Origin: Oceanispirochaeta sp.
GTDB lineage: Bacteria > Spirochaetota > Spirochaetia > DSM-2461
Reading direction: 5' to 3'
DNA: 64,000 nt
Assembly (NCBI GenBank): GCA_963666275.2
Contig: CAXXOA010000002.1
Span: 544,001 to 608,000, forward strand
Numbering within the stretch: the stretch's first letter is position 1; each line of letters begins with the position of its first letter. This document shows, piece by piece, positions 45,715 through 55,547 of this stretch. A program made the position numbers and the translations under genes. Below the pieces are notes generated by a model. The model had not been told where the DNA came from and made no database searches. It was given only the letters and a program-made list of their open reading frames with translations.

Positions 45715-47381
45715 AAGTTGAATATCCTTGAACCATGGGGGGGGAGGATCAGATCCAGTTGTCCTGTCTGCATTCCCGTATTGCCCTCTTTTATATAGGT
45801 TCCGGTTTTCTGGCCGATCATATCTCTGAGATTCTGGAGATCCAGATTGATCGATTGGGTTTTTCCTGAAAGATTGAATACTCCGAGCTTGCCTGCCGTG
45901 TTATACAGGATCGCCGGATCATTCAGTCCGCTGTCTTTGATCAGGTAGAGTTTCCCCCGGGAAAAAGCTTCAAAGGCCTCAAAGGTGGATTTCAGCTCTT
46001 CCAGCTCCGGCTCTTTCAATTCTGTATGATCCACTCTGGTCATAAGAACTCCTCCTGAAAGAAGGATCATCTGTCTGAGAGACTCTCTGATCTGCAGGGG
46101 GAGTTTTGTTCTCCAGGATCCGCAGGGGAAAATCCCGGGGTTTCCGATCCACAGACTTTTCTGAAGGGGCGCATTCTGAATGCCCTTGATCACAATCTGT
46201 CTGAACGCTTCGGCAGGTTTTTTCTTTTCCAGTCCCGCCGGAAAGGTATCAAAAATCTTAATACTCCCCGAACCGGGAAGGTGGGGAATCCCTTCTGTGC
46301 TGAGGCTTTCGTTTTTTCCCATATTCTCTTTAAAGAACTGGAGGGTTTCCCTCTGCAGGTCCCCGGATGTGAAGGTGTTGTCCTTCTTTATCAAAGGCTG
46401 CTGCAGAGCCGAGAGGCCTGTCAGGTGGAGGGCTCTGAAGCCCCATTGATCCCGGATCGTTTTTATACACTCCCTCAGGTAGTTTTTCACCTCCGGGTTG
46501 GATATATCCAGCAGAGGGATCAGGTCATCCCTGAGGTTCCTCATAAGCCATTCGGGATGCCTTTTGAATACATCAGAATCCGGTGAGACTTTCAGGGGGG
46601 AGAAGGCTAGGCAGGGAGTCATGCCGTTGTGTTCAATGCGCCTTGTCAATGTGCCGATCCGGCTGTTGAAATCACTGCCCAGAGTGGTCCAGTCCCCTTC
46701 CTTCTGATGGATCCCTTCCAGGCGGATCTGCTGATAGAACAGTCTTGTATTTTCCAGAACCGTCAGGTTTTCCTCCAGCTTCTTTACCGAAAGCTTCCCC
46801 GAAGCTGTTTCGGGAGAGATTGTCCATATGGTCCTGTCCCAGTCCTGAAAAAGAGAAGAATATTTCCGGGAAATATCGTTGGTCAGTTTTGTCAGAAGCT
46901 CTTTCATGTCTCCCATTCGGAGGTACACATTATCCAGCTCTGCATGGGTATCCTTCTGCAGCACTCTGTTGAACTGCCACTCTATGGTCAGGAGGCCTTT
47001 TCGTATGTTTATGGTAAAATGGACATTCTGATGAAGAGGATTCTTTCTGCCTGCAATCAGGGATACATTGCTCTGCTCATCCTTCAGGGAAATGAAGGGT
47101 GACAGAGAGTCCCCGGTGGCATAGTAGTTATGCTTTTTTACTTTTTTAAGACTGATCTGAATTTTCAGAGAACGGAGATACTGATCCTCTTCGCAGCGGA
47201 TCTGACCGGCAATCACATCATCGATTATTGCCAGTTGGAGAGTAAAGGGGGCTATCTCCTGGCTTACGGGAGAACTCCTTTTGGGCCAGAGGGTCGACAG
47301 GCGAGTCCTCTTTTCCCTTTCAGCCCCGAACTTAACAGAGATATGGATTTTGTTTTTATCTATACCGAAACCATTCATCAT
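45711..47381 (-). CDS. GH36 alpha-galactosidase-like protein, catalytic acids apparently lost
   Basis: GDW, G..P.L...P..V...S.VF..HPEW, LD.S.PEV..YL and WGF blocks are present, but the QIDDG and KLDF positions are replaced. Confidence 0.65.
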   Translation of the reverse strand: MMNGFGIDKNKIHISVKFGAEREKRTRLSTLWPKRSSPVSQEIAPFTLQLAIIDDVIAGQIRCEEDQYLRSLKIQISLKKVKKHNYYATGDSLSPFISLKDEQSNVSLIAGRKNPLHQNVHFTINIRKGLLTIEWQFNRVLQKDTHAELDNVYLRMGDMKELLTKLTNDISRKYSSLFQDWDRTIWTISPETASGKLSVKKLEENLTVLENTRLFYQQIRLEGIHQKEGDWTTLGSDFNSRIGTLTRRIEHNGMTPCLAFSPLKVSPDSDVFKRHPEWLMRNLRDDLIPLLDISNPEVKNYLRECIKTIRDQWGFRALHLTGLSALQQPLIKKDNTFTSGDLQRETLQFFKENMGKNESLSTEGIPHLPGSGSIKIFDTFPAGLEKKKPAEAFRQIVIKGIQNAPLQKSLWIGNPGIFPCGSWRTKLPLQIRESLRQMILLSGGVLMTRVDHTELKEPELEELKSTFEAFEAFSRGKLYLIKDSGLNDPAILYNTAGKLGVFNLSGKTQSINLDLQNLRDMIGQKTGTYIKEGNTGMQTGQLDLILPPHGSRIFNF

Positions 47382-47473
47382 AGGATATTCTCACTTCCAG
47401 GTATTTGGGTTCTCGTAAGTTCACTTTATTCTATGTCTAAATTTAAACTTTTCCCGGAAGGAAAAGCAAATAC

Positions 47474-49552
47474 TTATTTTTTCTTTCTTTTATCCTCTTT
47501 CACTTTTATCATATCCGCCAGAGTAAAGGTATCCTTTGACTGATCGCTGTACTGACTGATCAGTTTCCGGTTCAGGGCTTTTTCTTTCCTTCCCGGCCGT
47601 CTGGACTGATAGGGGTCAGAACTCTTATTCTGTTCCTCTTCGTACCCGCAGGAGAGGGCCAGGCAGGCCAGGATAACAGCGCCCTTTTTTCCTCTGGTGG
47701 TAATCATCTCCCTTCCGCAGAAAGGGCAGGGTTTTCCAGATGTTTCCAGGGAACTGTAGGTTTTTGTACTGGTTTTTATCTCTTTAACAAGACGCGCCGT
47801 GTGTTCCCTGATCTCTTTCCGGAACTCCTGACTTTTCAGCTGTCCTTCGGCAATCCGTGTAAAAGCCATTTCCCAGCGGGCTGTAAGATCGGGAAACTGA
47901 AACTCATCCGGTACAAGCTCCATAAGTTCCTCCCCCCGTTTGGTGGGAAGAATCTCCTTCCCCTGCCGCTCCATATAGTAGTGGTTGATCAGCTTCTCGA
48001 TAAGATCCGCCCTGGTGGCGGGAGTCCCCAGTCCGGCCTGTTTCAGGTTCTCCTTCAGTTTAGGGTCCTTCAGGTAGGGGGCGGGGTTTTCCATGGCTGT
48101 CAGCAGGGTGGCTTCGGTATAGCGGGGCGGGGGAGATGTCATCCCTTTTTTCACAGCAAGACTTTTCAGAGGGAGAGGCTCCCCTTTCCGGGGGAGCTCT
48201 TTTCCGAAGAAATTTTCCCTTTCATCCCTATCCTCTTTCTCTCTGCCTCCATGCTCCAGCTGCTTCCAGCCCCGGGAAACTGTCCTTCTCCCGCTTGCCC
48301 TGAATGTGTGGTCTTCCGTCCGGATCCGGAGTTTTATGGATTCTGATTCCGCCGGTGGGGATAGTATCGCCAGAAACCGGCGGACGATCAGATCCCAGAG
48401 CATTTTTTCATCGCTGCTCAGGCGGTCCGGAAAGGCCGGTTCTTCAGTGGGAATAATGGCATGGTGATCGGTCACGCCCGCATCGTTGACAAAGCGTTTT
48501 CCCGGATTCAGGTCCTTTGCCATCAATTCGTCGGCATTTTTTTTCCACTGTGTTCCCCTCAGGGCTTTCAGCCTGTCTTTGAGGGTTCCGGTCATATCAG
48601 AAGTGATATACCGGGAATCCGTCCGGGGGTAGGTGACAATCTTGTGCCGCTCATACAGGCCCTGGAGAACCTGCAGGGTTTTTCTGGCGGAAAAACCCAT
48701 CTGTCTGTTGGCCTCTCTCTGCAGTTCTGTCAGGTCATAGGCAAGGGGCGGCATTTCGTTGACCTTTTTTACAGTGATCTCTTCAAGGATATGTTCTTTT
48801 CCGGACAGGTCTCTCTGGAGTTTTTCAGCCGCTTCCCCTGTCTGTATTCTGATCTGGCCTTTCGGATCCTGCCACAGGGCCTGAAAGCTTCCGTAATCCG
48901 CTTCCAGAGTCCAGTAGGGGGAAGGAGAAAACCGTCGGATCTTCTTTTCCCTGTTCACAATCAGAGCCAGGGTGGGAGTCTGAACACGGCCGGCGGTCAG
49001 TTTTGTATCGTGTTTGCAGCTCAGGGCCCTGGAGGCATTCAGTCCTATGAGCCAGTCCGCTTCGGCCCGGCACTCGGCCGCCCTGGAGAGGTTTTCGTAG
49101 TCTTTTCCGGGTTTCAGGTTTTTAAAACCCTCCCGGATAGCCTTGTCGGTCTGGGAGCTGATCCACAGGCGCTGCACCTTCCCTTTCCAGCCTCCCATAC
49201 GGAGAATCCATCGGGCCACCAGCTCTCCCTCCCGGCCCGCATCGGTGGCAATGATGACTTCGTCCACATCCTTCCGTTTCAGGAGGGAGCTGATCTGCCG
49301 GAACTGATGGGAGCTCTTCCGTATGATCTGGTGCTTCATTTTTTCAGGGAGCATGGGGAGGAGGGACAGATCCCATTTCTGGAACCGGGAATCGTAGGCG
49401 GAAGGCTCTGCCAGTTCCACCAGATGGCCCATCGCCCAGGTGACAATCCACTCTCTGCCTTCCATAAAAGCCTTATTTTTCTGATGACAGCCCAGAACCC
49501 GGGCCAGCTCCCTGCCTACGCTGGGTTTCTCTGCCAGTACCAGTTTTTTCAT
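47474..49552 (-). CDS. topB: DNA topoisomerase III
   Basis: LAEKPSV, ATDAGREGE, RLWISS, GRVQTPTL, TYPRTDS (catalytic Tyr), GLGTPATR, C-terminal C4 zinc finger. Confidence 0.94.
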   Translation of the reverse strand: MKKLVLAEKPSVGRELARVLGCHQKNKAFMEGREWIVTWAMGHLVELAEPSAYDSRFQKWDLSLLPMLPEKMKHQIIRKSSHQFRQISSLLKRKDVDEVIIATDAGREGELVARWILRMGGWKGKVQRLWISSQTDKAIREGFKNLKPGKDYENLSRAAECRAEADWLIGLNASRALSCKHDTKLTAGRVQTPTLALIVNREKKIRRFSPSPYWTLEADYGSFQALWQDPKGQIRIQTGEAAEKLQRDLSGKEHILEEITVKKVNEMPPLAYDLTELQREANRQMGFSARKTLQVLQGLYERHKIVTYPRTDSRYITSDMTGTLKDRLKALRGTQWKKNADELMAKDLNPGKRFVNDAGVTDHHAIIPTEEPAFPDRLSSDEKMLWDLIVRRFLAILSPPAESESIKLRIRTEDHTFRASGRRTVSRGWKQLEHGGREKEDRDERENFFGKELPRKGEPLPLKSLAVKKGMTSPPPRYTEATLLTAMENPAPYLKDPKLKENLKQAGLGTPATRADLIEKLINHYYMERQGKEILPTKRGEELMELVPDEFQFPDLTARWEMAFTRIAEGQLKSQEFRKEIREHTARLVKEIKTSTKTYSSLETSGKPCPFCGREMITTRGKKGAVILACLALSCGYEEEQNKSSDPYQSRRPGRKEKALNRKLISQYSDQSKDTFTLADMIKVKEDKRKKK

Positions 49553-49664
49553 GACTTCGCCCCTTTGTGAATAATCCGCCAAAGTATACCCTCCCCATGG
49601 GGGAAAGAAAAGGGATTCCTTTTTGGCCCCTAACGGAATTCCTGCCGATAATGGAGTGTACTCT

Positions 49665-50435
49665 ATGAAAATTTCAGATCACTCTTCGGCAGAAAACAGA
49701 GGCCTCCCCAGAACAGCCCGCCTCCGGAATAGTAAGATCTCCCGAGGAGATCCGGCTGTTATGAAAAAAGCCGCCCCCTCCACCGGGACTTCCGGAAAGC
49801 TCATGGTTCTGAGACAGGAACTTATCAGCGAAACTCTGAAATCTCTCTCCTCACTGAAATCTCCCATACACCGGGTTCTCTCTCTGCTCCAGCAGTACCG
49901 ACCCTCCCCAGAGTCCCGGGACTTTCACATTACCCTTCAGATTCTGGAGGAACTTGTCAAAAGGGAGCATCCGGAGGGACAGGAACATATGGATAAGCCC
50001 CTGGGAAAACTTCTGACCTTTCTCAGACAGGAGAGGGACCTGGCCGGCAGTTCCAGGGAGTCTCCTGTCGTTCTGGCAGAGTCTCTTCAGAATCCGCCCC
50101 CCGGGCTGCCCTGGTCCCTCCGGGCGGAAAGGAAAGCGGGGCGCGATGAATCCCCCTCCGGGGAGGGCGGGAAGGAGCAGGAGCTTGTTCTTCAGGTGGA
50201 CCATCCCCTGCTGGGGCCGGTTAAAGCTCTCCTTTCCAGCGGAAAATCCGGAAGCTCCTGTACCTTTTATTCTCCCCGCTCCAAATCCCGCCGCCTTCTC
50301 CGTCAGAGCTTCCGGAATTTTGCCTTGAAGCTGAAAGAGAAGGGACTCGGAACTGTCAGGTTGAAGGTTCAGGCCCGGGACGCAGAGCTGTCTTCCCGAG
50401 TTCAGGACCATCCGGGGGTCAATGTATGGGGATAG
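49665..50435 (+). CDS. Hypothetical protein with a FliK-like C-terminal domain
   Basis: L..P.LG.V motif, ends GVNVWG, and sits directly upstream of an FlhB-C homologue, the usual pairing. Confidence 0.5.
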   Translation: MKISDHSSAENRGLPRTARLRNSKISRGDPAVMKKAAPSTGTSGKLMVLRQELISETLKSLSSLKSPIHRVLSLLQQYRPSPESRDFHITLQILEELVKREHPEGQEHMDKPLGKLLTFLRQERDLAGSSRESPVVLAESLQNPPPGLPWSLRAERKAGRDESPSGEGGKEQELVLQVDHPLLGPVKALLSSGKSGSSCTFYSPRSKSRRLLRQSFRNFALKLKEKGLGTVRLKVQARDAELSSRVQDHPGVNVWG

Positions 50436-50695
50436 GAAAAAAAGCGGCGGCCCTGAAATGGGACCCTTCAAAAGATGAGGCCCCCAGGATGATTGCCTCT
50501 GGGAAGGATGCCCTGGCGGAAAAAATTCTGATGATAGCGGAGGAGGAAAATATTCCTGTTCTGGAAAAGGGCCCCCTGGCAGAGGCCCTCTCATCCCTGG
50601 AACCCGGTCAGACGATCCCTGCGGAACTTTTTATACTGGCCGCAGAGGTTTATGCCTTTCTGGCTGATCTGGATGAATCAGGTTACTTCGGCTGA
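50426..50695 (+). CDS. EscU/YscU/FlhB C-terminal-domain protein (export switch-like)
   Basis: KAAALKW....APR.IASG....AEKI...A.E..IP, IP.EL...AEV.AF. Confidence 0.9.
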   Translation: MGIGKKAAALKWDPSKDEAPRMIASGKDALAEKILMIAEEENIPVLEKGPLAEALSSLEPGQTIPAELFILAAEVYAFLADLDESGYFG

Positions 50696-51475
50696 ACGGA
50701 GCATCCTGGCCAGCACACCGGGAATGGCCCGGCTCAGAAAAAGGGCAAAATGAACTTTCGGTTTGATTCCCAGATAGATCTCTCTTTTCCGCCTGGAAAG
50801 GCCATTGAGGATAATCTCCGCCGCTTTCCGGGGAGAAATACCAGCCGCCTGATTGGGGTCCATCTTTTCATGTTTCTGTCCTGACCCCTCCAGCGCGTTC
50901 AGAGATATACTGGTTTTGACAAATCCCGGGATAATCAGAGAGACCGAGATCCCATGGCGGTGAACTTCCGCCCGTAAGGCGTCATAAAAACCCTGCAGGG
51001 CCATCTTTGAGGCGCTGTAGCTGCTTCTCAGGGGGGTCGCAAACTTCCCGGCCACACTGTTGACCGCGGCGATACTGCCGCTTTTCTGACGTATCATATA
51101 GGGTAGAATACACCTGGTCAGCCAGGCGGCTCCCAGATAATTCACATCGATTATGGTTTTCATCACCTCGTAATCGGTTACCGCCGCTTCCGATCTCTGG
51201 CTGATCCCGGCGTTATTGATAAGCACGTCAATGCCGTTCCATCGGTTCCAGGCCTCTGCCGCTGCTTCCTCCAGTCGGCTGTGATCCTGCATATCCAGAG
51301 GAAGGATCATATATCGCTCCCTGTCCTCCCAGTCCCGGCAGATTTCCTCGAGTTTTTCCCTGTTCCGGGCAGAAAGAATCACTCTTCCCCCCCTGTTGTA
51401 TACTGTCTCTGCCAGGGCTTCTCCGATTCCGGATGAGGCGCCTGTTATCCAGTAAATCCTGTTGTTTTCCATCAT
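50678..51475 (-). CDS. Short-chain dehydrogenase/reductase
   Basis: ITGASSGIG, NNAG, YSASK. Confidence 0.92.
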   Translation of the reverse strand: MMENNRIYWITGASSGIGEALAETVYNRGGRVILSARNREKLEEICRDWEDRERYMILPLDMQDHSRLEEAAAEAWNRWNGIDVLINNAGISQRSEAAVTDYEVMKTIIDVNYLGAAWLTRCILPYMIRQKSGSIAAVNSVAGKFATPLRSSYSASKMALQGFYDALRAEVHRHGISVSLIIPGFVKTSISLNALEGSGQKHEKMDPNQAAGISPRKAAEIILNGLSRRKREIYLGIKPKVHFALFLSRAIPGVLARMLRSAEVT

Positions 51476-51580
51476 CTTCCCATCATAAACCAAAGGCCCG
51501 AAAAATAAAAAGATAATAATTTACCGATTTTATTGATTTTTTGGTTGGCTCCCTTTAAGGAGTGACCTATACTAGGAGAT

Positions 51581-52276
51581 ATGAAACTGAATTCTTATGT
51601 GAATATTCCTCTGCCTACCCTGAAAAGATTTCCTGTCTATCTGGGGTTACTGAAAGAGTGTGAGCAACGGGGAGAAGAGTGGATATCCGCCAGCTATATA
51701 GCCGGAAAACTTGGTCTTAAATCCATCCAGGTCCGGAAAGATCTCTCCTGTACCGGAATTGTGGGAAAACCGAAAAAAGGGTTTCTTCTGAAAGAGCTGA
51801 TGGACGCCATCTCCTTTTACCTCGGTCAGGGAAACCAGTCTGATGTCCTCCTTGTGGGAGTCGGAAATCTGGGAAAGGCCCTTCTGGGTGAAAAACGTCT
51901 GACCCGGCACGGATTTAAGATTGTCGCCGCTTTTGATGTGGATGAAAGCCTTATAGGAACAGTCATGGCGGGGCATAAAATTTTCAGCATGGACAAGCTG
52001 GAAGATCTGATCAAAAGGATGGGAATAAAAATAGCCATTCTGACAGTCCCCGAAGAAGAAGCTCAGGCTGTTTCGGACCGTCTGGTTTCGGCCGGGATTG
52101 AAGGGATCTGGAACTTTTCCAGTCTATTTCTGGATGTTCCCTGCAATATAGCTCTTATTAACGAGGATCTCGGGTCAAGACTGGCCCTGCTCGCCGGGCA
52201 GGTTACCCATGGAGGCTCCTGTGAGGATACTCCCACCGCCTCCCGCCTGGGCAGTGTTCCCTTTTCCAATAAATAA
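51581..52276 (+). CDS. rex: Redox-sensing transcriptional repressor Rex
   Basis: TLKR.P.Y, QVRKDLS..G..G....G, VGVGNLG.AL, GIWNF. Confidence 0.93.
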   Translation: MKLNSYVNIPLPTLKRFPVYLGLLKECEQRGEEWISASYIAGKLGLKSIQVRKDLSCTGIVGKPKKGFLLKELMDAISFYLGQGNQSDVLLVGVGNLGKALLGEKRLTRHGFKIVAAFDVDESLIGTVMAGHKIFSMDKLEDLIKRMGIKIAILTVPEEEAQAVSDRLVSAGIEGIWNFSSLFLDVPCNIALINEDLGSRLALLAGQVTHGGSCEDTPTASRLGSVPFSNK

Positions 52277-52403
52277 AAAGAGACTCATGTTCCATGACTG
52301 GATCCTGATGACAATCGCATGTCTATTCAGGTTCTGTCAGCAGAGTCTCCGGGAGGGAACTCAACTGAGTTCTCTCAAAGGGAGGCCCCTGAACAGAAGA
52401 CTC

Positions 52404-52463
52404 CACTGAGCGGAGCTGAAGTGCCGAAGTGCCGAAGGGTGGTCCCTGAGCGGAGCCGAAGGG
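52404..52463. repeat. REP-like repeat cluster: two CTGAGCGGAGCYGAAG units separated by tandem GCCGAAG
   Basis: CACTGAGCGGAGCTGAAGTG at 52404-52423 and CCCTGAGCGGAGCCGAAGGG at 52444-52463, between convergent genes. Confidence 0.7.
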
Positions 52464-52694
52464 TTATTTTACAAGTTTAAGTGACGGTCCCCGGGGCGGT
52501 TCCGGACGGTCCAGGGCGAATACGATGGTTTTTCCATCTTCCTCGTGCTGAGTAATTCTGATTGTTCCGCCCCCCTCATCAGATTCCACATGGACCAGCA
52601 TTCTTTCCTGTTCGTCTTTTGTGATTGTCAGAATCAGATCTGCTCCGTAAACTTCCACTACTTCCGTTTTGTCAATATTAATTGCTCTTCCCAT
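52464..52694 (-). CDS. Small hypothetical protein
   Basis: RBS GGAAGG, 76 aa, co-oriented with flavodoxin, ends LKLVK. Confidence 0.6.
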   Translation of the reverse strand: MGRAINIDKTEVVEVYGADLILTITKDEQERMLVHVESDEGGGTIRITQHEEDGKTIVFALDRPEPPRGPSLKLVK

Positions 52695-52758
52695 TTGAAA
52701 CCTTCCGGGGTAAATATTAGTTGATTATTTCAAACCAGAGAGATCAGGTCAATCCGCG

Positions 52759-53208
52759 TCAGGCGTACTGGCTTATCTCTTCCGCCAGTACCTCAGCCCA
52801 TTCGCGGCTCTCTTCCTCTGTATTTCCCGCCATTTCATTTACTTTCAGGGAGGGGAGAATCATTCGGGTTCCCAGGCTTCTCAGTTTGGCTTCAAGGATA
52901 TTGACGGCTTCGCAGAAAAAACGAAATCTGCTGCTTCCAGGACCGAATACAGCCCCATAATGGCCTTTCAGGTCCAGATCATCCATTTCCCGCTCAAAAT
53001 TTATAAAATCTACAGCCAGATCTCCGTCACTCCAGGTGGAGGAGCCCAGTATTATAAATTTATAGTCTGCCAGTTCCGATGGCCTGGCTTCAAAAGTATT
53101 TTTTACAATATTCTCGACGCCTCGGCTCCGGAGTTCCTGAGAGATGGCTCTGGCCATCATTTCAGTTGTTCCTCTTTTGCTGGCGTATACAATTATTACG
53201 TCTGCCAT
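52759..53208 (-). CDS. Flavodoxin
   Basis: YAS..GTTE.MA, GSSTW.DG.L, AVFG.G....FC.AV. Confidence 0.9.
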   Translation of the reverse strand: MADVIIVYASKRGTTEMMARAISQELRSRGVENIVKNTFEARPSELADYKFIILGSSTWSDGDLAVDFINFEREMDDLDLKGHYGAVFGPGSSRFRFFCEAVNILEAKLRSLGTRMILPSLKVNEMAGNTEEESREWAEVLAEEISQYA

Positions 53209-53245
53209 AGGGATAATGTGATCTAAAACGGAAAAGACCGCAAGG

Positions 53246-53268
53246 GGCAGTCCCCCTGAAGGACTGCC
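53246..53268 (-). terminator. Hairpin downstream of the thioesterase gene, possible terminator or stability element
   Basis: GGCAGTCC-N7-GGACTGCC; weak U tract. Confidence 0.4.
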
Positions 53269-53275
53269 GGAATCT

Positions 53276-53674
53276 TTACAGAATTGTTTTTAAAACAGCT
53301 GCCCTGTCGTCAGCCAGTTTTTTCAGGTTGATCCTGTCTACAATCAATCGCTCGTTCAGTCCATGAGCTATGACACCGGTTTCGTCCACTGCTTTCAGGG
53401 CGATCAGGATTTTGTTTTCTTCAACGGTTTTTACTGTTGCCTCTACTGTTACAGTTTCGCCGGCCACTGTGGGTTCCTCATGATTGACCTGTACCATTGT
53501 GGCTACGGTGGTCACTCCTTCATGCATCCTGTCATCCAGGAGTTTCCAGGCCGTGTCCAGCATCAGCTTTGTTAACGATGCCGTTGAAAGGAGTCCGTCA
53601 TAGGTGTCATTCTGTTTAACATCCTTCTGAAGTGTCAGAGATATTCCTGCTAATTCCTCAAAACTGGTTTTCAT
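53276..53674 (-). CDS. Hotdog-fold thioesterase, FlK-like
   Basis: LST..L...M, TTV...V.V.H..PT..G..V.V.A, G..ER.IV. Confidence 0.8.
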   Translation of the reverse strand: MKTSFEELAGISLTLQKDVKQNDTYDGLLSTASLTKLMLDTAWKLLDDRMHEGVTTVATMVQVNHEEPTVAGETVTVEATVKTVEENKILIALKAVDETGVIAHGLNERLIVDRINLKKLADDRAAVLKTIL

Positions 53675-53803
53675 AGCATCCCCCTTACAGAAGAAATTCT
53701 AAATCGACAGAGAGGGAAAGTCCAAAAAAACTCCCTAATATATCTTCCCGGCTTTTCTGCCGGAGTCAATTCAAAAGAAATGTCTTCAAATCAGTGCCAA
53801 TCA

Positions 53804-54853
53804 TTACCGGGGTTTTCGTCCGGGGGGAGACGATGGCCGCTTTTTCCCTCCGGGGGCACCGTTTCGTTTTCCGGGTTTTCTGGCAGGAGGTGATGGTTTT
53901 TTCGCCCCTTTTTTCCTTGGAAACAGAGTCCAGCAGCGGTGCAGAGGTTTTCCGAGAAAGTCCTCATCGGTTGTGAGGGATGTCATATCTTCAATACGGA
54001 ATTTCGCGCTCAGATTCCTTTTATCCAGAAAGAATTTCTTATAGTTTGTGGAAAAGAGGATCACTCCTCCCTTGGCTGTGACGGCGCTGCAGAGATCCAG
54101 CATCTTTTCATAGTCCTTCTGAATATCCCAGACGCCTTCCATTTTCCTGCTGTTGGAAAAGGTGGGAGGATCCAGGATAATAATGTCCCATTTCCTTCCT
54201 TCGCGGCCTGCTTTCTCCAGAAAAGGGGTCACATCGCTGCAGACAAACTCGAACATTCCCGGAAGGAAGTTATTCTCCCGGAAATTTCTCTCCGCCCAGT
54301 TCAGATAGTTGGAGGACATATCTACTGTGGTAATGGATTCTGCTCCGCCTGACGCGGCATAGACTGAAAAAGAGCCTGTATAGGCGAAAAGGTTCAAAAC
54401 CCTTTTTCCGGCACTGTCTTCCCGGATCATCTGGCGGGTTTTTCTGTGATCCAGAAATAACCCCGTATCAATATAGTCATGAAGATTGACAAGAAAGATC
54501 AATCCGTTTTCCGAAACCTGACGAAACTCTTTCTCTTCTCCCTTGGCAGAATACTGGCGATGTTCCTTCAGCTTCTCCCGGGTTTTCTGGAAGATATTTT
54601 CCGGTTTAATGTAAAGAGCTCCTCCGATTTTACTGATCTCCTCATCGGTGAATATCGCGGTCTCCGAGGAATCGGCTTCGCTTATTGAAATATGAAGGGC
54701 ATCTCCGTAGACATCCAGTGTGACGGGTACATTTTCCACAGTCATGCTGTGAATTCTGTAGCAGTCTGTTCCCGAGGAATTGAAATAGGGCCTGAGTTTT
54801 TTATGTTTTTTTTTCAGCTGAAGAATCAGCTGATCGAATTTTTCCTGATCCAT
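53804..54853 (-). CDS. Stand-alone RlmK/RlmI-type class I SAM rRNA methyltransferase
   Basis: DYIDTGLFLDHR, VLNLFAYTGSFSV.AA.GGA, DPPTFSNS.KM, resembling the C-terminal half of RlmKL. Confidence 0.85.
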   Translation of the reverse strand: MDQEKFDQLILQLKKKHKKLRPYFNSSGTDCYRIHSMTVENVPVTLDVYGDALHISISEADSSETAIFTDEEISKIGGALYIKPENIFQKTREKLKEHRQYSAKGEEKEFRQVSENGLIFLVNLHDYIDTGLFLDHRKTRQMIREDSAGKRVLNLFAYTGSFSVYAASGGAESITTVDMSSNYLNWAERNFRENNFLPGMFEFVCSDVTPFLEKAGREGRKWDIIILDPPTFSNSRKMEGVWDIQKDYEKMLDLCSAVTAKGGVILFSTNYKKFFLDKRNLSAKFRIEDMTSLTTDEDFLGKPLHRCWTLFPRKKGAKKPSPPARKPGKRNGAPGGKKRPSSPPGRKPR

Positions 54854-54926
54854 TATTTTTCTCCAGGCCCTACCTTATCCCATATCGCTTGTGCTTGAAA
54901 ATCCGCAGGGCCCGGAGAATATCAAA

Positions 54927-55544
54927 TCAGCCGGAAAAGCCATTCATATAGGGCAGGTTCTGAGCCACTTTCTTTGCCCGGGGAAGATTTTCAAGGAGCA
55001 GAGCCGTACTGTCCCAGGTTCCTTCTGTCAGAGCGGAACGCCTGCTTTCTGTGAGGTTCACCTTCCAGCTCCTGTCTCCCGCCTTCAGAGAAAGATCTTT
55101 CAGATCCAATTCCAGTTCCAGGGAAGGATCTTTTTCTACAAGATACTGAAGTTCCAGGATAGATGCTGCTTCCATTGTGACCGCAGGAACTCCCAGCATC
55201 ATGCAGTTTCCAGCAAAAATCTCTGCCAGAGACTCTGCGATTACCACCTGAATACCCCATCTTTTGAGAGACTGGGGAGCATGCTCTCTGCTGGAACCGC
55301 AGCCGAAGTTGTCATTGGCAATGAGAAAACCCGCTTCCTGACGTTCCGGGTCGTTAAAGGGATGGTCTTTTTCTGAACCGTCCTGATTAAATCTCTCATC
55401 AAAAAAAGGATACTCTCCCATTCTGGCAAAGGTTATCTCCTTCAAAAAACGGGCGGGAATGATCCTGTCTGTATCTATATCATTTCCCCTGATCGCAATC
55501 CCCCTGGATTTGATGGTTGTTATTTTTTTGATTTCTTTTCCCAT
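54927..55544 (-). CDS. leuD: 3-isopropylmalate dehydratase small subunit
   Basis: DIDTDRIIPARFLK, NFGCGSSREHAP, AEIF..N. Confidence 0.96.
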   Translation of the reverse strand: MGKEIKKITTIKSRGIAIRGNDIDTDRIIPARFLKEITFARMGEYPFFDERFNQDGSEKDHPFNDPERQEAGFLIANDNFGCGSSREHAPQSLKRWGIQVVIAESLAEIFAGNCMMLGVPAVTMEAASILELQYLVEKDPSLELELDLKDLSLKAGDRSWKVNLTESRRSALTEGTWDSTALLLENLPRAKKVAQNLPYMNGFSG

Positions 55545-55547
55545 GTT

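Noticed and set aside
48461..49570. 369-aa plus-strand ORF
   Set aside because: Antisense shadow of topB
49644..49651. GCCGATAA, a perfect sigma-28 -10 box upstream of the FliK-like gene
   Set aside because: No TAAA -35 at the expected spacing and the implied start site would cut off the RBS; left unannotated
51494..51580. Rex operator upstream of rex
   Set aside because: No TTGTGAA-N4-TTCACAA-like palindrome seen
52404..52463. Mini CRISPR array
   Set aside because: Only two short imperfect units, a repetitive spacer and no cas genes
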